Notes: a model not told the origin generated them from the letters alone. Shown: positions 11,733 through 24,360, counted from the first letter of the stretch. The stretch is DNA of 64,000 nt from Heteronotia binoei (GCF_032191835.1 NC_083224.1:22630001-22694000), one strand, 5' to 3'. Made by a program: numbers and translations.

Positions 11733-12541
11733 GTTTGATAGATAGGAGAGGAGCAGTGTGAATGTCCTTTTTTCCCAACTGTACTGACTCACTATGTATA
11801 ATCCACCTTCAGAATGCCTCTCACCTTACAGAAGCTTCTGTCCATTTATCTTCCTCTGCTCCTCAGCAGAAGTAGTCCTCTTCCCAGTCTGAAAATGCAT
11901 TCCCTCACTGCACAATCAACAACTTTTTTTCTCCACCACCCTGGAAGCATTTGTGCTTGTGAAGCAGGGTTTCTTCCCCATTTAGAGAGGTTCACCCAAA
12001 ATCATACACATAGAATATAAACTCTCCAAGGAACTGGAGCCACTGCCCTCATCAGTAGCTGAATCGACCACATAAATCATGAATCCTCCGCGGATTCATC
12101 AGCCACCAGGCCTCCTGAATCTGTCCTTTTCTTCCACCACGTTGGTGTAATTCATCCACACCAATCCACTCTCCGCCAATTTCAAACCTGCAGCCACTCT
12201 TTTACTTGCAGTTCATTCCCACTTAGAGACCTGACCTTCCACAAAGACACATATACTCCTTACAGTGCTGGTGTTCATGCATGGAGACTAACAACTAGGG
12301 GACCCAGGTTCATAAGCCCAACTCTGCCGTAGAAATTGCTGGGTGACTCTGGGCCAGTCACTCACTTTGCCTAATATACCCCACAGAGTTGGGCTTATGA
12401 GCCCTGTGTGAAACAATGGTGATATCAGGGTGTGTGGGCTAATATGCAAATAAGTTCATGCTGAGCTTTTTCTCCAAAAAAAGCCCTGGAATAAATGTCA
12501 GTTGTTTAAGAACTACAAGACATGAATATCAGATATTCGAG

Positions 12542-12605
12542 GGAAGGAAGGAAGGAAGGAAGGAAGGAAGGAAGGAAGGAAGGAAGGAAGGAAGGAAGGA
12601 AGGAA
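12542..12605 (+). repeat. (GGAA)n microsatellite inside a hAT-Charlie-like MITE (~12490-12935)
   Basis: Direct repeat visible. The host MITE ends GTTTGGCCACCCCTG at ~12935. Related copies at ~14400, 43835-44243 and 61228-61503. Confidence 0.85.
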
Positions 12606-12657
12606 CTTTAGCTTTAAATGCCTTCTCCAGGTCTGCCAACAGGGCAGTGGGGGCTTC

Positions 12658-12878
12658 ATGGGGAGGGATGGTGGCTCAGCGGTAGAGCATCTGCTTGGTA
12701 AGCAGAAGGTCCCAGGTTCAATCCCCGGCATCTCCAACAAAAAAGGGTCCAGGCAAGTAGGCATGAAAAACCTCAGCTTGAGACCTTGGAGAGCCGTTGC
12801 CAGTCTGAGTAGACAATACTGACTGATGGACTGAGGGTCTGATTCAGTATAAGGCAGCTTTGTATGTTTATATGTTCA
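12658..12878 (+). mobile_element. tRNA-derived SINE, third family (CR1-like tail)
   Basis: GGTGGCTCAGCGGTAGAGCATCTGC...GGTTCAATCCCCGGCATCTCCA head with A/B boxes, followed by GATGGACTGAGGGTCTGATTCAGTATAAGGCAGC tail. Confidence 0.8.
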
Positions 12879-13676
12879 CACAAAATGTATGAATGAGCCA
12901 CATGTGGCTCCTGAACCACAGTTTGGCCACCCCTGGCAATAGCAAGCTTTGTCTCTGCCTAAAACAGCACTTGTGTTGCAGAGAAAAGTGAAGAAGATGG
13001 TATTCTCCTTCTGTTTGGGTTGGTTCTTCTCTTCCATGGAGTGTGCAGCTTAGGGAGGGATGCACAGTGATGGAAGACGTGGAGACATTGCTTGCCAGGC
13101 AGATCAGCCAAATGAACCCTGTTCATCAACAGAGTAACAGAGGTCACAAGCAGATTGCCCTTACATCCAGAAGTGGGCAAGCAAAAAGATGAATGGGATA
13201 GAGCCCTTTCCTTCGAGTAAAGGTTACAGAGTCTGGGAATTTTCAGTGTATATAAAAAGGTGACTAAGCAGCAGGCAGACAGAGAGGTTAAAAAAAATTC
13301 TGCAGAAAGTAGAGAAAGTGGGTAGAGAGAATTTTTGTCCCTTTCCCACAATATTCAACTCAGGGGCTTCCAGCAAAAGTACCTCTTTACTCCACGAGTG
13401 ACTAAATTGTAGAATTCATTCATTGAGAATTTAATGATGGCCACAGACAAAGAAGGCTTTAAAAGAGAATTAGACAGTTATGGGGCAGAGGGCTATCAGT
13501 GGCTACTAGTCAATTTAAGTAAAAGGGGTTTTCAGATACAGAACCAACAAACCTCTGAACCCCAATGTTTGGAAGCAGCACCTGAGAAAGGCCTTTGCCT
13601 CTATACCGTGTTTGTTGGCCACCCAGAGCAGTCGACTACGCACTGTGTGAAACACGATTCTGGACTATATAACTTG

Positions 13677-13962
13677 AGAGCCCGTTTGGTGTAGTGGTTA
13701 AGTGCGTAGACTTTTACCTGGGAGAACCAGGTTTGATTCCCCACGCCTTCACTTGCAGCTGCTGGAATGGCCTTGGGTCAGCCATAGCTGTCGCAGAGCT
13801 GTCCTTGAAAGGGCAGCTTCTGTCAGAGCTCTCTTAGCCCCACCTACCTCACAGGGTGTCTGTTGTGTTTTGTGGGGGTGGGGGGAGAGGTAAAGGAGAT
13901 TGTGACTGCTCTGAGATTCAGAGTACAGGGGCGGGATATAAATCCAATATCTTCTTCTGTTC
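13677..13962 (+). mobile_element. tRNA-derived SINE, second family
   Basis: GAGCCCGTTTGGTGTAGTGGTTAAGTGCG head; GGGCGGGATATAAATCCAATATCTTCTTCT tail. Confidence 0.85.
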
Positions 13963-15279
13963 CTCACTGAGATGCTTCTGGACTTGAATTGAGCTGTTTT
14001 ACTGCAGACAGATGGTGGTCCTCTGAAACAATCACTTGCACATCAGTTTTTAACATGCAAGATGCATTGACCAGTAGCTTGGTATGGTTTTGAAGTACTC
14101 AGGAAGGCCTAGCGGGATATGAGTTCAAGACCCCCCTGCCGCCACCACCACCACCACCACCACCACCATGAAGCTCACTGGGTAACCTTTGGTCAGTTAC
14201 TTCATCTCAGCCTAAGTTACCTCACAAGGCAAGGGAGAAAAAGGTGACTCATATTCAATTATTTATAGTCTGCCTTCCTCACCAATACTCAAGGCAGATA
14301 GGAGGTTGGAGCACTCTCCCTATAAGGAAAGGCTGAAAGAGTCTGGGACTTTTCCGTTTAGAAAGGGGATGACTAAAGGGGGACAGGATAGAGCTTCCTT
14401 CATGTAAGAGCCACATAGAATAAACATCAGATGTTTGAGTGCAGGAAGGGAGGGAGGGAGGCAAATAGATGGGAGGGAGAGGTGGAAACAAAGGAACTTT
14501 AAATGTGTTTTCCAAGCTGCCAGCTGGCTTGGCTTGGAGAAGTGATTTTAAGAGAGAAATGCCTTCACCAGGCCTCCTCTTAAGAAGAGAATATTCCCAG
14601 CCCTTGAAAAAGATCTTTATTTTGAACATGGAAATGTTCATTGGGCAAAGGGACCTTGACTCTTTCTGCATCCATCTCCTGGTCTTCTTGGGTCTGGTGT
14701 TTTTGGAAAATTGTTATTTCAGGCTATAGCCTCCGTACACTTATGGACTCCTAGATTGTCAAGCGCCGATATTTCTCAATAAGCAGTCTTTTGTTTTAAA
14801 TCAAAGCTGTTTTATTGTTAGAAATTCAGAAGCTGTACCAAGGACACAAGCCTTGGGAGTAATGGCGTATACAGGGTTACACTGTTGCTATATAGGATAT
14901 TGTCAAAGGTTACATTACAGATGCATACTTGAGTCACGGGTTCAAAGGTTACTAAACACTATCTCTTTTATTACTAAGGAATTTAGGCTATTAAAAACAT
15001 CTCCCATTCTCACACTTCTCTAGCAGAAGATAAGAGCTGTCTGTGTGAACCTGTGGGAGAGGCGACTTGAAAGTGGTACCAGCCAGGCTATAGCATAAAC
15101 ATCCTTGGGCCAGATGGATTTATTACTTGCCCAATGGTTGTAAATAAGGGGGGAGCAGTAGAGAGCTGGTGACCTGCTGATGATTCATTAATACATGAGC
15201 AATCTCTGAATTTATATGTTCCCAGTATTTGTGGTTGTTTAGCTTAGTTCATTCACTGGGGGACCCCTTGTTTATTTTT

Positions 15280-16140
15280 TTCCGGCCACATACACCCAGA
15301 CAACACTGGACCTAACAGCATTAATTACACCATCTCAGGCTCATTCACTTGCTCAGCTTCCACTATTATATATGCAATTAAATGTCAACAATGCCCTTCA
15401 GTTCTCTACATAGGGCGAACAGGACAAAGCCTATGCCAAAGGATAAATGGACAGAAATCTGACTTCAGGAATTCCAAAACTGAGAAACTGGTAGGAGACT
15501 ACTTCAACCTTCCAGAACAATCAATCAACCAATTTCAATCAATTTCATTTACAGCAAAAGCCAGCATTCTAAACAAAAACAAATATCTATACACAGGCCT
15601 CAGATTCAACAGGAGCTCACAGGAGCACAGCTCCTGAACCTTGCTGAGGGTTCCCCCTTCTCCTCCCTACCTAGTCCATTGAATAGTAGGTGCAGCTGCA
15701 TAATAATCCCTGGATGAGCTCCAGCACCTATTTTTCTACAAAACGACCCCTGTCTATACATAACCATAAGAACTATCTTTGAAAACATAATAAAGAGTAT
15801 TATGACATTATTAAAATTGACAAATATAAATAAATGGCCAGTAAGACAGACATGCTTTGGCATTTTAAGCTGCTAACAATTTTCTCGTCCTAAAGGTGAA
15901 CCAACCAAATTTTGCTATTTTAAGAGTAACTGCAGGATATTTGCCCTCCAGGAGTTGTTTAAGTTGGTGTATTTTTTATTGTTGGTAGGGGGAGTAATCA
16001 GAAAAGACAGAAGGGAACAGAACAGAATAGAAAGGGAAATTGCAGAATTACAAGTTATTACGAAACTTGGAACAAACACCTCCCTGGGACCCTGGGACTG
16101 AACAGGGATATTGGTTTCTCATCTCATTACATATGCTAAA
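15280..16140 (+). mobile_element. Penelope-like element fragment (GIY-YIG region), interrupted
   Basis: Homologous to 40920-41290 (CACCATCTCAGGCTCATTCACTTGCTC...CTACATAGGGC.AACAGGAC). Interrupted at ~15520-15990. Confidence 0.7.
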
Positions 16141-17299
16141 CTCACTCTCACCAAGTAGAGCTATACATCCACTGTTTCACAACATATTTCTCTTTTAGAA
16201 CAATGTAGCAGAATAATGTCTCTTTTGTACTGACATACTGGAACACTGGATATTGGTTCTCTCATTACATATGCTATACCCATCTTCTACTATATTCTAG
16301 TATATTCTTTTGTATTGGCAAACTGGAATTATGTTTATAAAACTATGCTACACGTTAAAAAGTAAATTAGGTGTACAGAAACACCTCTAAGAGAAAGATG
16401 TTCTTAGTTTAACCCATGTTTGTAGAGAAATAAAGCAATTAACAGACTACATTTATTACCTTAGTCTAGGTTTCTGCATTTTGTAAGAAAGAATCTGATT
16501 CTGTACCTGTGCAAATTTCTTTGTAAGACTGATGGACTGTCAGCCATCATTCTCCAACTCTGACATGTTTATTGCCTTTGTTGTTTTCCCAAACAACTGA
16601 TACTATCCAGACCAAACTTATGATTCTTTCAGTTTGTTAATTTAGCTATTTTGCTAGCTAATGGATTCCAATTGTGTACTATTTTCATGCTTAATGACTG
16701 CCCACACAAGCTATATGCAGCACTGCTCACTGTGCCCCATTTCATCGTCTGACAAAGTGTGCATGCACACAAAAGCTTACATACATTCTGAATAAAACTT
16801 TGTTGGTCTTAAAGGTGCCACTGGACTCCAACTCTGTTTTAAGTGGGGACATTATGAAAGTTTATCACATTCTGCAAGAGGTGGAGACAGTGGGCAAAGA
16901 GAATTTTTTCTCCCTCTCCCAAAATACTAGAACTCAAGAGCATCCATCTGCAAAGAGTTATCCAGGATCTCCTTCTGGGGGCAAGCAGGGGGGGCAAGCA
17001 GGAAAACTGGGAGAGGAGGGTTCAATTTGTTCTCTGATGGCATTTCGCCAGACTCCCTGGAGGTTCAGGATGATGGAGGAGATGATGAACCCCCCCTTGG
17101 CCTGACCCAGAAGGGCCGATTCTCTGGTGGAACTATGAATTGCATGGATTCCCCAGTCCAGGTAGCCCCCTCCTACCATGGAGTTTCCCAGCCGTTGCTC
17201 GGTGGAGGAGGAAGTCTGGAGGCCAGGCGAGAAAGGGATTGGGGGGAGCCACTTGCTCTGCCTCCTTTGCCTGAGACTGGGGGCTGATGATCCAACCTG

Positions 17300-17880
17300 G
17301 GGTCCCCCTCCCCATGCGGAGTGACTCCCGAGCAGCCCCACTGAGCTGCACTGTAGGGCGCAGCTGACTACAGCCGGGCTGAATGAAGCCCAGTCCCACG
17401 GGGGAGGGGGTGTCTTTCCGGGGAGGGCAGGGAGCTTTTTTTCCGGGCTTTCTCTGCAGCAGCGAAAGGGTTAAAAGAGCTGAGCTGTTTGCTAGAGACG
17501 CCGAGCAGAGGAAGAGGGCGGAGAGAAGGAGGGGGCTGCAGACCGGGAAGATCCCCTCCCCAGTCAGTCCTTTAGATCTCCGCAGAGAGGGATTCGGTTC
17601 TCGCCACGTGTTTTGGGAAGGGGGGCTTTTAAACCCTTCCCAAAGGTGAAGTTCCTTTCTGTCGGGGTCTCCCTTTGCCGGGGGGGGGGGGGGGCGGAGG
17701 CGCCTGCCTTGGAGGGGGGATGGTCTGCAGGGCTTGCAAGGTGGCTCTTTCCCGGGCGGCCTCTGGGGGACCGGGACCCTCCAGGCAGCGGGGAGGTGAG
17801 GATGGGAGTGGGAGGAGGCCAGCAGCAGCCCTGCATCCGGCCCTTCTCGAAGGTGGATCGAATTTATTCGGGAGGAATAG
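17300..17880 (+). promoter_or_regulatory. CpG-island, putative promoter/non-coding first exon of gene 2
   Basis: GC/CpG-rich block ~2.3 kb upstream of the SCAN exon acceptor (20114). Paralogous block at 42700-43300 upstream of gene 3. Candidate donors at 17646 and 17796. Confidence 0.55.
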
Positions 17881-17892
17881 ATTACTAATAAA

Positions 17893-18775
17893 GGTCAAGG
17901 TAGTACCCTGTGCAAGCACCAGTCGTTTCGACTCTGGGATGAGGTTGCTTTCACAACGTTTGGCAGACTTTTTTCGGGGTGGTTTGCCATTGCCTTCCCC
18001 AGTCCTCTGCACCAGTGGCCCCCAACCTTTGATAGCCAGTTTGGTGTAGTGGTTAAGTGTGCCAACTCTTATCTGGGAGAACCGGATTTGATTCCCCATT
18101 CCTCCGCTTGCAGCTGCTGGAATGGCCTTGGGTGAGCTATAGCTCTGGCAGAGGTTGTCCTTGAAAGGGCAGCTGCTGTGAGAGTCCTTTCTGCCCCACC
18201 CACCTCACAGGGTGTCTGTTGTGGGGGAGGGAGGTAGAGGAGATTGTGAGCCGCTCTGGGACGCTGAGATTTGGAGTGTAGGGTGGGGTATAAATCCAAT
18301 ATACTACTACTAGTAGTAGGGGTATAAATCTGCAATTCTTCTTTTTGGCACCAAGGTCCGGTTTTGTGGAAGACAATTTTTCCATGCACCAGTGGGGGTA
18401 CTGGGGGTTTTGCTGCCCCAGGCTGCCCCCCCCCCGTCCCTGCCCCCCCCCAGGGGTCATCATCATCATAGTTTATTACAGTCTCAGGACCAGAATACAG
18501 TGTAAATATAATATGAAAAAGTCTTTAAATGAGGAGTAGGCAAAGGTCTCTGCCTCACTCCATGGCCCAGTTGCTAACAGGCCCCGGACCAGTACTGGGG
18601 ACCCCTGCTCTACACTTTCCCCCCAGCAAGCTGGGTACTCATTTTACCAACCTCAGAAGGATGGAAGACTGAGTCAACCTTGAGCTGGCTACCTGAGCCC
18701 AGCTTCCACCAGGATCGAACTCAGGTCGTGAGCAGACAGCTTGGACTGTAATACTGCAGCTTTATCACTCTGCAC
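17893..18775 (-). mobile_element. Sauria-type SINE split by a nested hAT-Charlie MITE
   Basis: SINE halves at 17893-18012 and 18608-18775 join as AGTC.TCT.CAC|TTTCCCCCCAGCAAGCTGGGTACTC. Confidence 0.8.
18013..18607. mobile_element. MER1-like hAT-Charlie MITE with a SINE (18031-18343) nested inside
   Basis: CAGTGGCCCCCAACCTTT...GGCACCAAGGTCCGGTTTTGTGGAAGACAATTTTTCC...GGGGACCCCTG. 8-bp TSD CTCTGCAC/CTCTACAC. Confidence 0.8.
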
Positions 18776-19278
18776 ATGGGACTTTTATAGATTGCTAATA
18801 GTTTTCTTATATTTTAAAAGTTTCTTGTATCTTTTGTACTGTTTTATCAGGTTCATCTTATGTTGTATGTCATCTCAAGCCTCATTCCGGGGAGAGGGAG
18901 CAGGATATAAATGGGATTGAATAAATACCTTCCATGGTGTCACGTGCAGGGGCTAAAAGGCAGTATCTAACCTTTGTAAACCAAAATACAGTCTGAGCCG
19001 CAGAGGCAGCCCAATAAGAATTCCCGGGATGATCACATGGGAGGAGTCATTCATGTTGATTGGCTGCCCCAAATATTACACATTTGGGCCCATGCTCCCC
19101 CATCTGCAGTTTTGGTTTTTTTGTGGGGAGTTCGTTTTATTTATTGCATTAATTAGAGAACAAAGTTTAAGTTCACAGATATCTTTAAGACAAAATTGTA
19201 TTTAAGGCATAAGTTTTTGTGTGCAAGTACACTTCTTCAGAATAGTCCAGGGTTCTGCATTTCGTAAGAAGAATCTGT

Positions 19279-19542
19279 GACCGATTTTGCACTCACCTTA
19301 CGCCGCTCTCACGTTTGTCTTCTCAGTACAGCTTCCTTCCGATTTCCCACTATCTGCCCTGGGGCTGCAGCAAGGACCGGCGTTTTCACGCAGAAAACAA
19401 AAACCGCTAAAAACCAATTTCTGTTTGCTGCGCGAAAACACCGATCCTTGCTGCAGCCTGGGGGCAGATAGTGGGAAATCGGAAGGAAGCTGTGCTGAGA
19501 AGACAAACGTGAGAGTGGTGTAAGGTGAGTGCGAAATCGGTC
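19279..19542. mobile_element. Palindromic MITE with 3-bp TSD (TGT), PIF/Harbinger-like
   Basis: GACCGATTTTGCACTCACCTTAC...GTAAGGTGAGTGCGAAATCGGTC near-perfect hairpin. TGT at 19276-78 and 19543-45. Not present in the paralogous region upstream of gene 3. Confidence 0.85.
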
Positions 19543-20165
19543 TGTATCTGCAAATATCTTTGTAAGATTGATGGAGTCCCATTCCAAGAGACTTAATGTG
19601 GTGTCCTCTGTGAAGATAGATTCAGGTGGGTATTCATGCTTGCACATGAAAGCTTACTCCTTGAATAAAACTTTTCTGGACTTAAAGGTGCCACTGGACT
19701 CAAATGTTGCTCTGCCACTTCATACCAACATGACTATCCACCTGAATCCACGTAGTCTGCCATCTAATGGTTAAGCCCCTACCAATGCCTTTGTCCTGGG
19801 CTCCAGTTTACCTTCAGATGTACCCACCAGAGAGAAATTGGAAACTGGAAGCCAAGCTCATAACATCCGCAACACATTTTAAAAAGGCAAATATTGGTGT
19901 ATTTGTTGCTTGAACGATCAAATAAACATATCTTTAAAAACCTGATACGCAATCTAGCACATGGACATTAATCCTGATCCACAAACTACAACAAGGATGC
20001 TCTTTCTGATCCACTGGGGTAATCCTTAGGTGTTTCTTCACCAGGGTCAGTGATGTAACTCCGTTCTCTTTTTCTTCCTGCCTCTCTGATATCTTTCCCT
20101 CTCCCTATTCACAGTGAAGAGAACAAGGGTGCCTCCAGAGTCAGAGGCAACCCAAGGGGAAGGAG

Positions 20166-20588
20166 ATGGAAGAGAAGGATTCAGAGTGCCCTGGAACTGG
20201 CAAGGCATCAAGGAAAGGTCCCCATCCTATCCAAGCAGGGAGTGGTGCTGAATATTGGGGAAGAGCTGTGCCAGAGATCTTGGTTCAGGACACTGTGACT
20301 GCAGATGTTCGCAGCCGATGCTTCCGGCAGTTCTGTTATCAGGAGGCAGATGGTCCCCGTGAGGTTTGCAGCCAGCTTCATGCACTTTGTAAGGACTGGC
20401 TGGAGCCAGAGAGGCACACCAAGAAGGAGATGGTGGACCTGGTGATCCTGGAGCAGTTTCTGGCCATCCTGCCCCAGGAAGTGCAGGGCTGGGTGAGAGG
20501 ATGCGGGCCAGAGACCAGTTCCCAGGCAGTGGCCCTGGCCGAAGGTTTCCTCCTGAGTCAGGCAGAGGAGAAGAAGCAGGCAGAGCAG
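20166..20588 (+). CDS. Gene 2 SCAN-domain exon (141 codons)
   Basis: ATG at 20166. [74 protein letters not shown] is a canonical SCAN domain. Acceptor at 20114, CAG|GTGAGG donor. Confidence 0.95.
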
Positions 20589-21002
20589 GTGAGGGACTTT
20601 CAGTCACTCCATTCAAGCAATGTCCTTATCCTATGGCTTCCTGCCAACTATTTCTATGTTTGTGTGTTAACTGCTGTCAAGCTCTCCCGACTTATGGCAA
20701 CCCTACAAAGTTCCTCTTGTTAAAAGCCTTGCTCATGTCTTGGACTGAAGGCTGTGGCTTCCTGAATTGAGTCAATCTATCATGTGTTTGGACTTTCTCT
20801 TTTCTTGCGGCCTTCAACTTTGCAGTGACACCTGTCTTCTTATAATGTCACCAAAATACAATAGCCTCATTTGATTCATTTTAGCTTCCAGGGAGATCTG
20901 AGGCTTGATTTGATCTAGAACCCACTAATGTGTCCTTTTGGTGATCCATGATACCTGTCAAAACTCTCCTCCAACACCAGAAAGAATGAACTTTCTTCCT
21001 CC

Positions 21003-21275
21003 CAGCTTGGTATAGTGGTTAAGTGTGCGGACTCTTATCTGGGAGAACCGGATTTAATTCCCCACTCCTCCATTATTAGCAGCTGGAATAGCCTTGGGTT
21101 AGCCATAGTTCTTGTAGGAGTTGTCCTTGAAAGGGCAGCTGCTGTGAGAACCCTCTCACCCCCACCCACTTCACAGGGTGTCTGTTGTGGGGGGAGAAGA
21201 TAAAGAAATTGTAAGCCGCTCTGGGTCTCTGATTCAGAGAGAAGGGCAAGGTATAAATCTGTTTTCTTCTTCTTC
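21003..21275 (+). mobile_element. tRNA-derived SINE, second family, inside a minus-strand BovB fragment (~20720-21530)
   Basis: GCTTGGTATAGTGGTTAAGTGTGCGGAC head. Flanking minus ORF contains NQKGDCKQEIRRLRLGK (BovB). Confidence 0.8.
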
Positions 21276-22024
21276 TTTCTTGTCCACCTTTCACCCCCAC
21301 ACATAGTAATGCAGAATATTAAGGCACAGATTAACTTGATCATGGTCACCAGTGGCACATCCTTACACTGAAGAATCTTTTCTAGCTCCTTCATGGCTAC
21401 CTTTCCTAGTCTCAGTCTCCTGATTTCTTGTTTGCAGTCTCCCTTTTGGTTGATCAAGTTAGAGTCCTGTGCAATACTCCCTCTAAGCTGTGGGATTTTG
21501 TGAGCAAAAAAATCTACTTTGTGAGCTATTGGCATTAAAGTTATGAGCTACTGCATAAATCAGTTTGCTCTGGGGCAAAATTGTGTGAGTAGGAGGCTAA
21601 AAAACTGTGAGCTAGCTCACACTAACTCAGCTTAGAGGGAATTCTGGTCCAGTGACACCTTTAAGACCAACAAAGTTTTATTAAAGGTATGACTTTTCCT
21701 GTGCAAACACACTTTTTCAGATACAATGAAATGGAAGAAGCCATTCGACCGATAAACAGGACTGAAAAGCAAATTAGTATATAAATTATGACACTTTGAG
21801 GCAAAACAGGAACAACAAGCCAAGTCTACAGGATCAACAGCAATATAGATTCAATTAAGGGGCAGCAATGGTGGAAGAAAAAAATATGTCAAAATAGAGA
21901 TAAGTGTGTAAGAGAATCTTTTCTAATTATGGTGAAATTAACTGCGATTCCTTTTCGATGCCCCATTCATTTCCCTTCAAGCATGAAGGTAACAAGCAAC
22001 ATTTTTTCCTTTTTAATTGGGGTG

Positions 22025-22657
22025 ATGACAACCCTCATCTACGGCTCCGAATAGTGGGTTTTATACCGTCATCACCTGCGACTCCTTGAGCGCTTTCATC
22101 AGCGCTGCCTTCGCACCATCCTCAACATCCACTGGAGTGACTTTGTGACCAACACTGAAGTTCTCAAGCGGGCGGAGGTTACCAGCATCGAGGCACTGCT
22201 GTTGAAGACGCAGCTGCGCTGGGCAGGGCATATTTCTAGGATGGAAAACCACCGCCTTCCCAAGATTGCCCTGTATGGCGAACTCTCCACCGGCCATCGA
22301 AATAGAGGGGCACCAAAGAAGAGGTACAAGGACTCCTTGAAGAAATCCCTTGGCACCTGTCGCATCAACCATCACCAGTGGTCTGACCTAGCCTCAGATC
22401 GCAAAGCATGGAGGCACACCATCCACCAGGCTGTCTCTTCTTTTGAGAACGCACGCATAGCTGGTCTTGAGGACAAAAGGAGATTGAGGAAGAATCACAC
22501 TGCTACAGCACCAAGCCTAAATCAGACTTTTCTCTGCAGCCACTGTGGCCGGACCTGCCTGTCCCGCATTGGTCTTGTCAGCCACCAGCGAGCCTGCAGC
22601 AGACGTGGACTATTGCACCCTTCTTAAATCTTCGTTCGCGAAGCCAAGCCGAGAGAG
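22025..22657 (+). mobile_element. RTE-type LINE 3' end (non-BovB, with C-terminal CCHC-like knuckle)
   Basis: ORF 22145..22627: QLRWAGHISRMENHRLPKIALYGEL...RYKDSLK...CSHCGRTCLSRIGLVSHQRAC. Near-identical copy at 58368-58783. Confidence 0.9.
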
Positions 22658-22669
22658 GGGGAGTGCAGT

Positions 22670-24100
22670 ATATTTCTAGTTTCATTTTTATGATGTTGGA
22701 GCCAAGGAAAAGAACAGAAACCTTGAACAATTTCAGTGGCTTCATCAGCAGCATTCAATTTCTGTGCTGCTCCTCTAGTCATTACTTTTGTCTTCCTGAT
22801 GGTCAGCTTTAATCTTCCTTTAGCGTTTTCTGCACTAGCCTTCATTCATAATTTTAAATTAAATTTAATTTTAAATGTATATCCCACCCTTTCCCGCTAG
22901 TGGGCTCAGGGCAGCTTACAACAGAATTCAATACAGTTACAAATAAAGATAAAACATCATTAAAACATATAGCTTAAAAGTCTGAGGGTAATAATGATTT
23001 CAGGTCTTTACTATTTTCTGCCAGTAATCAACCCCCTGCACAAGGCAGGAAATGTAATCCAGCTTTCTATAGAAATGTAATAAAACTTGTAAACAGCTTT
23101 CCTTATGATATGTCCTGCATATAGATTGAAGAGAGAAGGAGATAAAATATCTGGCACCCTTGCCAACTGGAAATCATTCTATTTTTCTGTATTGTATCCT
23201 AACGGTGGCCTCCTGCCCAGAGTACAGGTTGTGCTTCAAAACAATGAGATGTTGTGGCACACCCATTTCTTTTCAAACCAACCATACCTTTTCTTGATCC
23301 CAGCATGCAAAAGCATGGATGCAAGCTATGAATCACAAGCTGGTTATCTTCTGAAATTCTCTCCTTCACTCCATTAACCAACGTGAATTTGCAGTATGAT
23401 CTCAGGTGCCTCTTCCTTCTGTGTATCCACCTGGAATGTTCGGCATTTCTCTTTCAATAAATGACCACAGGCCTTGTTGTAAAATGTTGAGCATCAATTG
23501 ACTTGCATGAGGAATTAATGCAGCGGTCTGATAGTTGCTAAGAGCCCCGTGGTGCAGAGTGTTAAAGCTGCAGTACTGCAGTCCTAAGCTCTGCTCACAA
23601 CCTGAGTTTGGTCCCTGGAGGAAGCTGTGTTTTCAGGTAGACGGCTCAAGGTTGACTCAGCCTTCCATCCTTTTGAGGTCGGTAAAATGAGTACCCAGCT
23701 TGCTGGGGGGAAAGTGTAGATGACTGGGGGAGGCAATGGCAAACCATCCCGTAAAAAGTCTACTGTGAAAACGTTGTGAAAGCAATGTCACCCCAGAGTC
23801 AGAAACAACTGGTGCTTGCACCAGTGCTTTCCTTTTCCCTTATAGTTGCTAGTCTTTGATGTCTCTGCTTTTCAGAACTGGAATGTAAAATGAGCATTTC
23901 CAGCCTGTGGACCATTCTTTTGTTTCCAACCTTGTTTGCAGATTCTTGTTAAGATTTTGATGGACTCCTTTTCTACGGCTTGGAATACCTCCCCTGATAT
24001 CTCATCTACTCCTGGTGATTTGTTTCTCCCAGTGCAGCTTTACTATGCAAAACTTTTTCTTCTTTTGTTCATATTTTCCTTAGATATTTCTACTTCTAGA
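22670..24100 (-). mobile_element. BovB LINE fragment (paralogous to 225-1100), interrupted by a SINE
   Basis: Aligns by eye with 225-1100 and 49400-50250. Confidence 0.75.
23541..23841 (+). mobile_element. Sauria-type SINE, full length
   Basis: AGAGCCCCGTGGTGCAGAGTG head. 10-bp TSD ATAGTTGCTA at 23531-40 and 23842-51. Confidence 0.9.
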
Positions 24101-24245
24101 TAGTTCAGTAAGTTGGTTCTTGCCCCTGTTGTTATAGCAACTCTGGTGGTGGAGTCAGGGATGAGGAGTCTGGGAGTGGGTCAGGATCCATCTCTCCCCC
24201 CTGTTCCATTCCTTCTCTTACCCTTCTCCCTTGCTGTTGTTTCAG

Positions 24246-24360
24246 ATGTGGGGAGGATCTGTGAAGGTGGAAGCAAAGTTCTCTGAAGCAGAAGGAGCTC
24301 CATCAGAGAAAGGTTAGAGGGCGCAGGCCCAGGAACATGCCCGAGAGGCCCTGTCAAGTG
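24246..24360 (+). CDS. Gene 2 115-bp exon carrying an in-frame TAG (24315-24317)
   Basis: Same splice sites as paralogs. GGT TAG AGG here versus GGT CAG AGG in genes 1 and 3. Confidence 0.85.

Noticed and set aside
12661-12735. tRNA-like sequences with A and B boxes (also 10735, 13680, 23545, 46885)
   Set aside because: Each continues directly into a SINE body and tail, some with TSDs, and none completes a cloverleaf with a terminator. They are SINE heads, not tRNA genes.
20589-20723. Read-through tails of the SCAN ORFs (also 48354-48539)
   Set aside because: They lie after a conserved CAG|GTGAGG donor and run into BovB-derived intron sequence. A SCAN-only intron-retention isoform cannot be excluded but has no support here.
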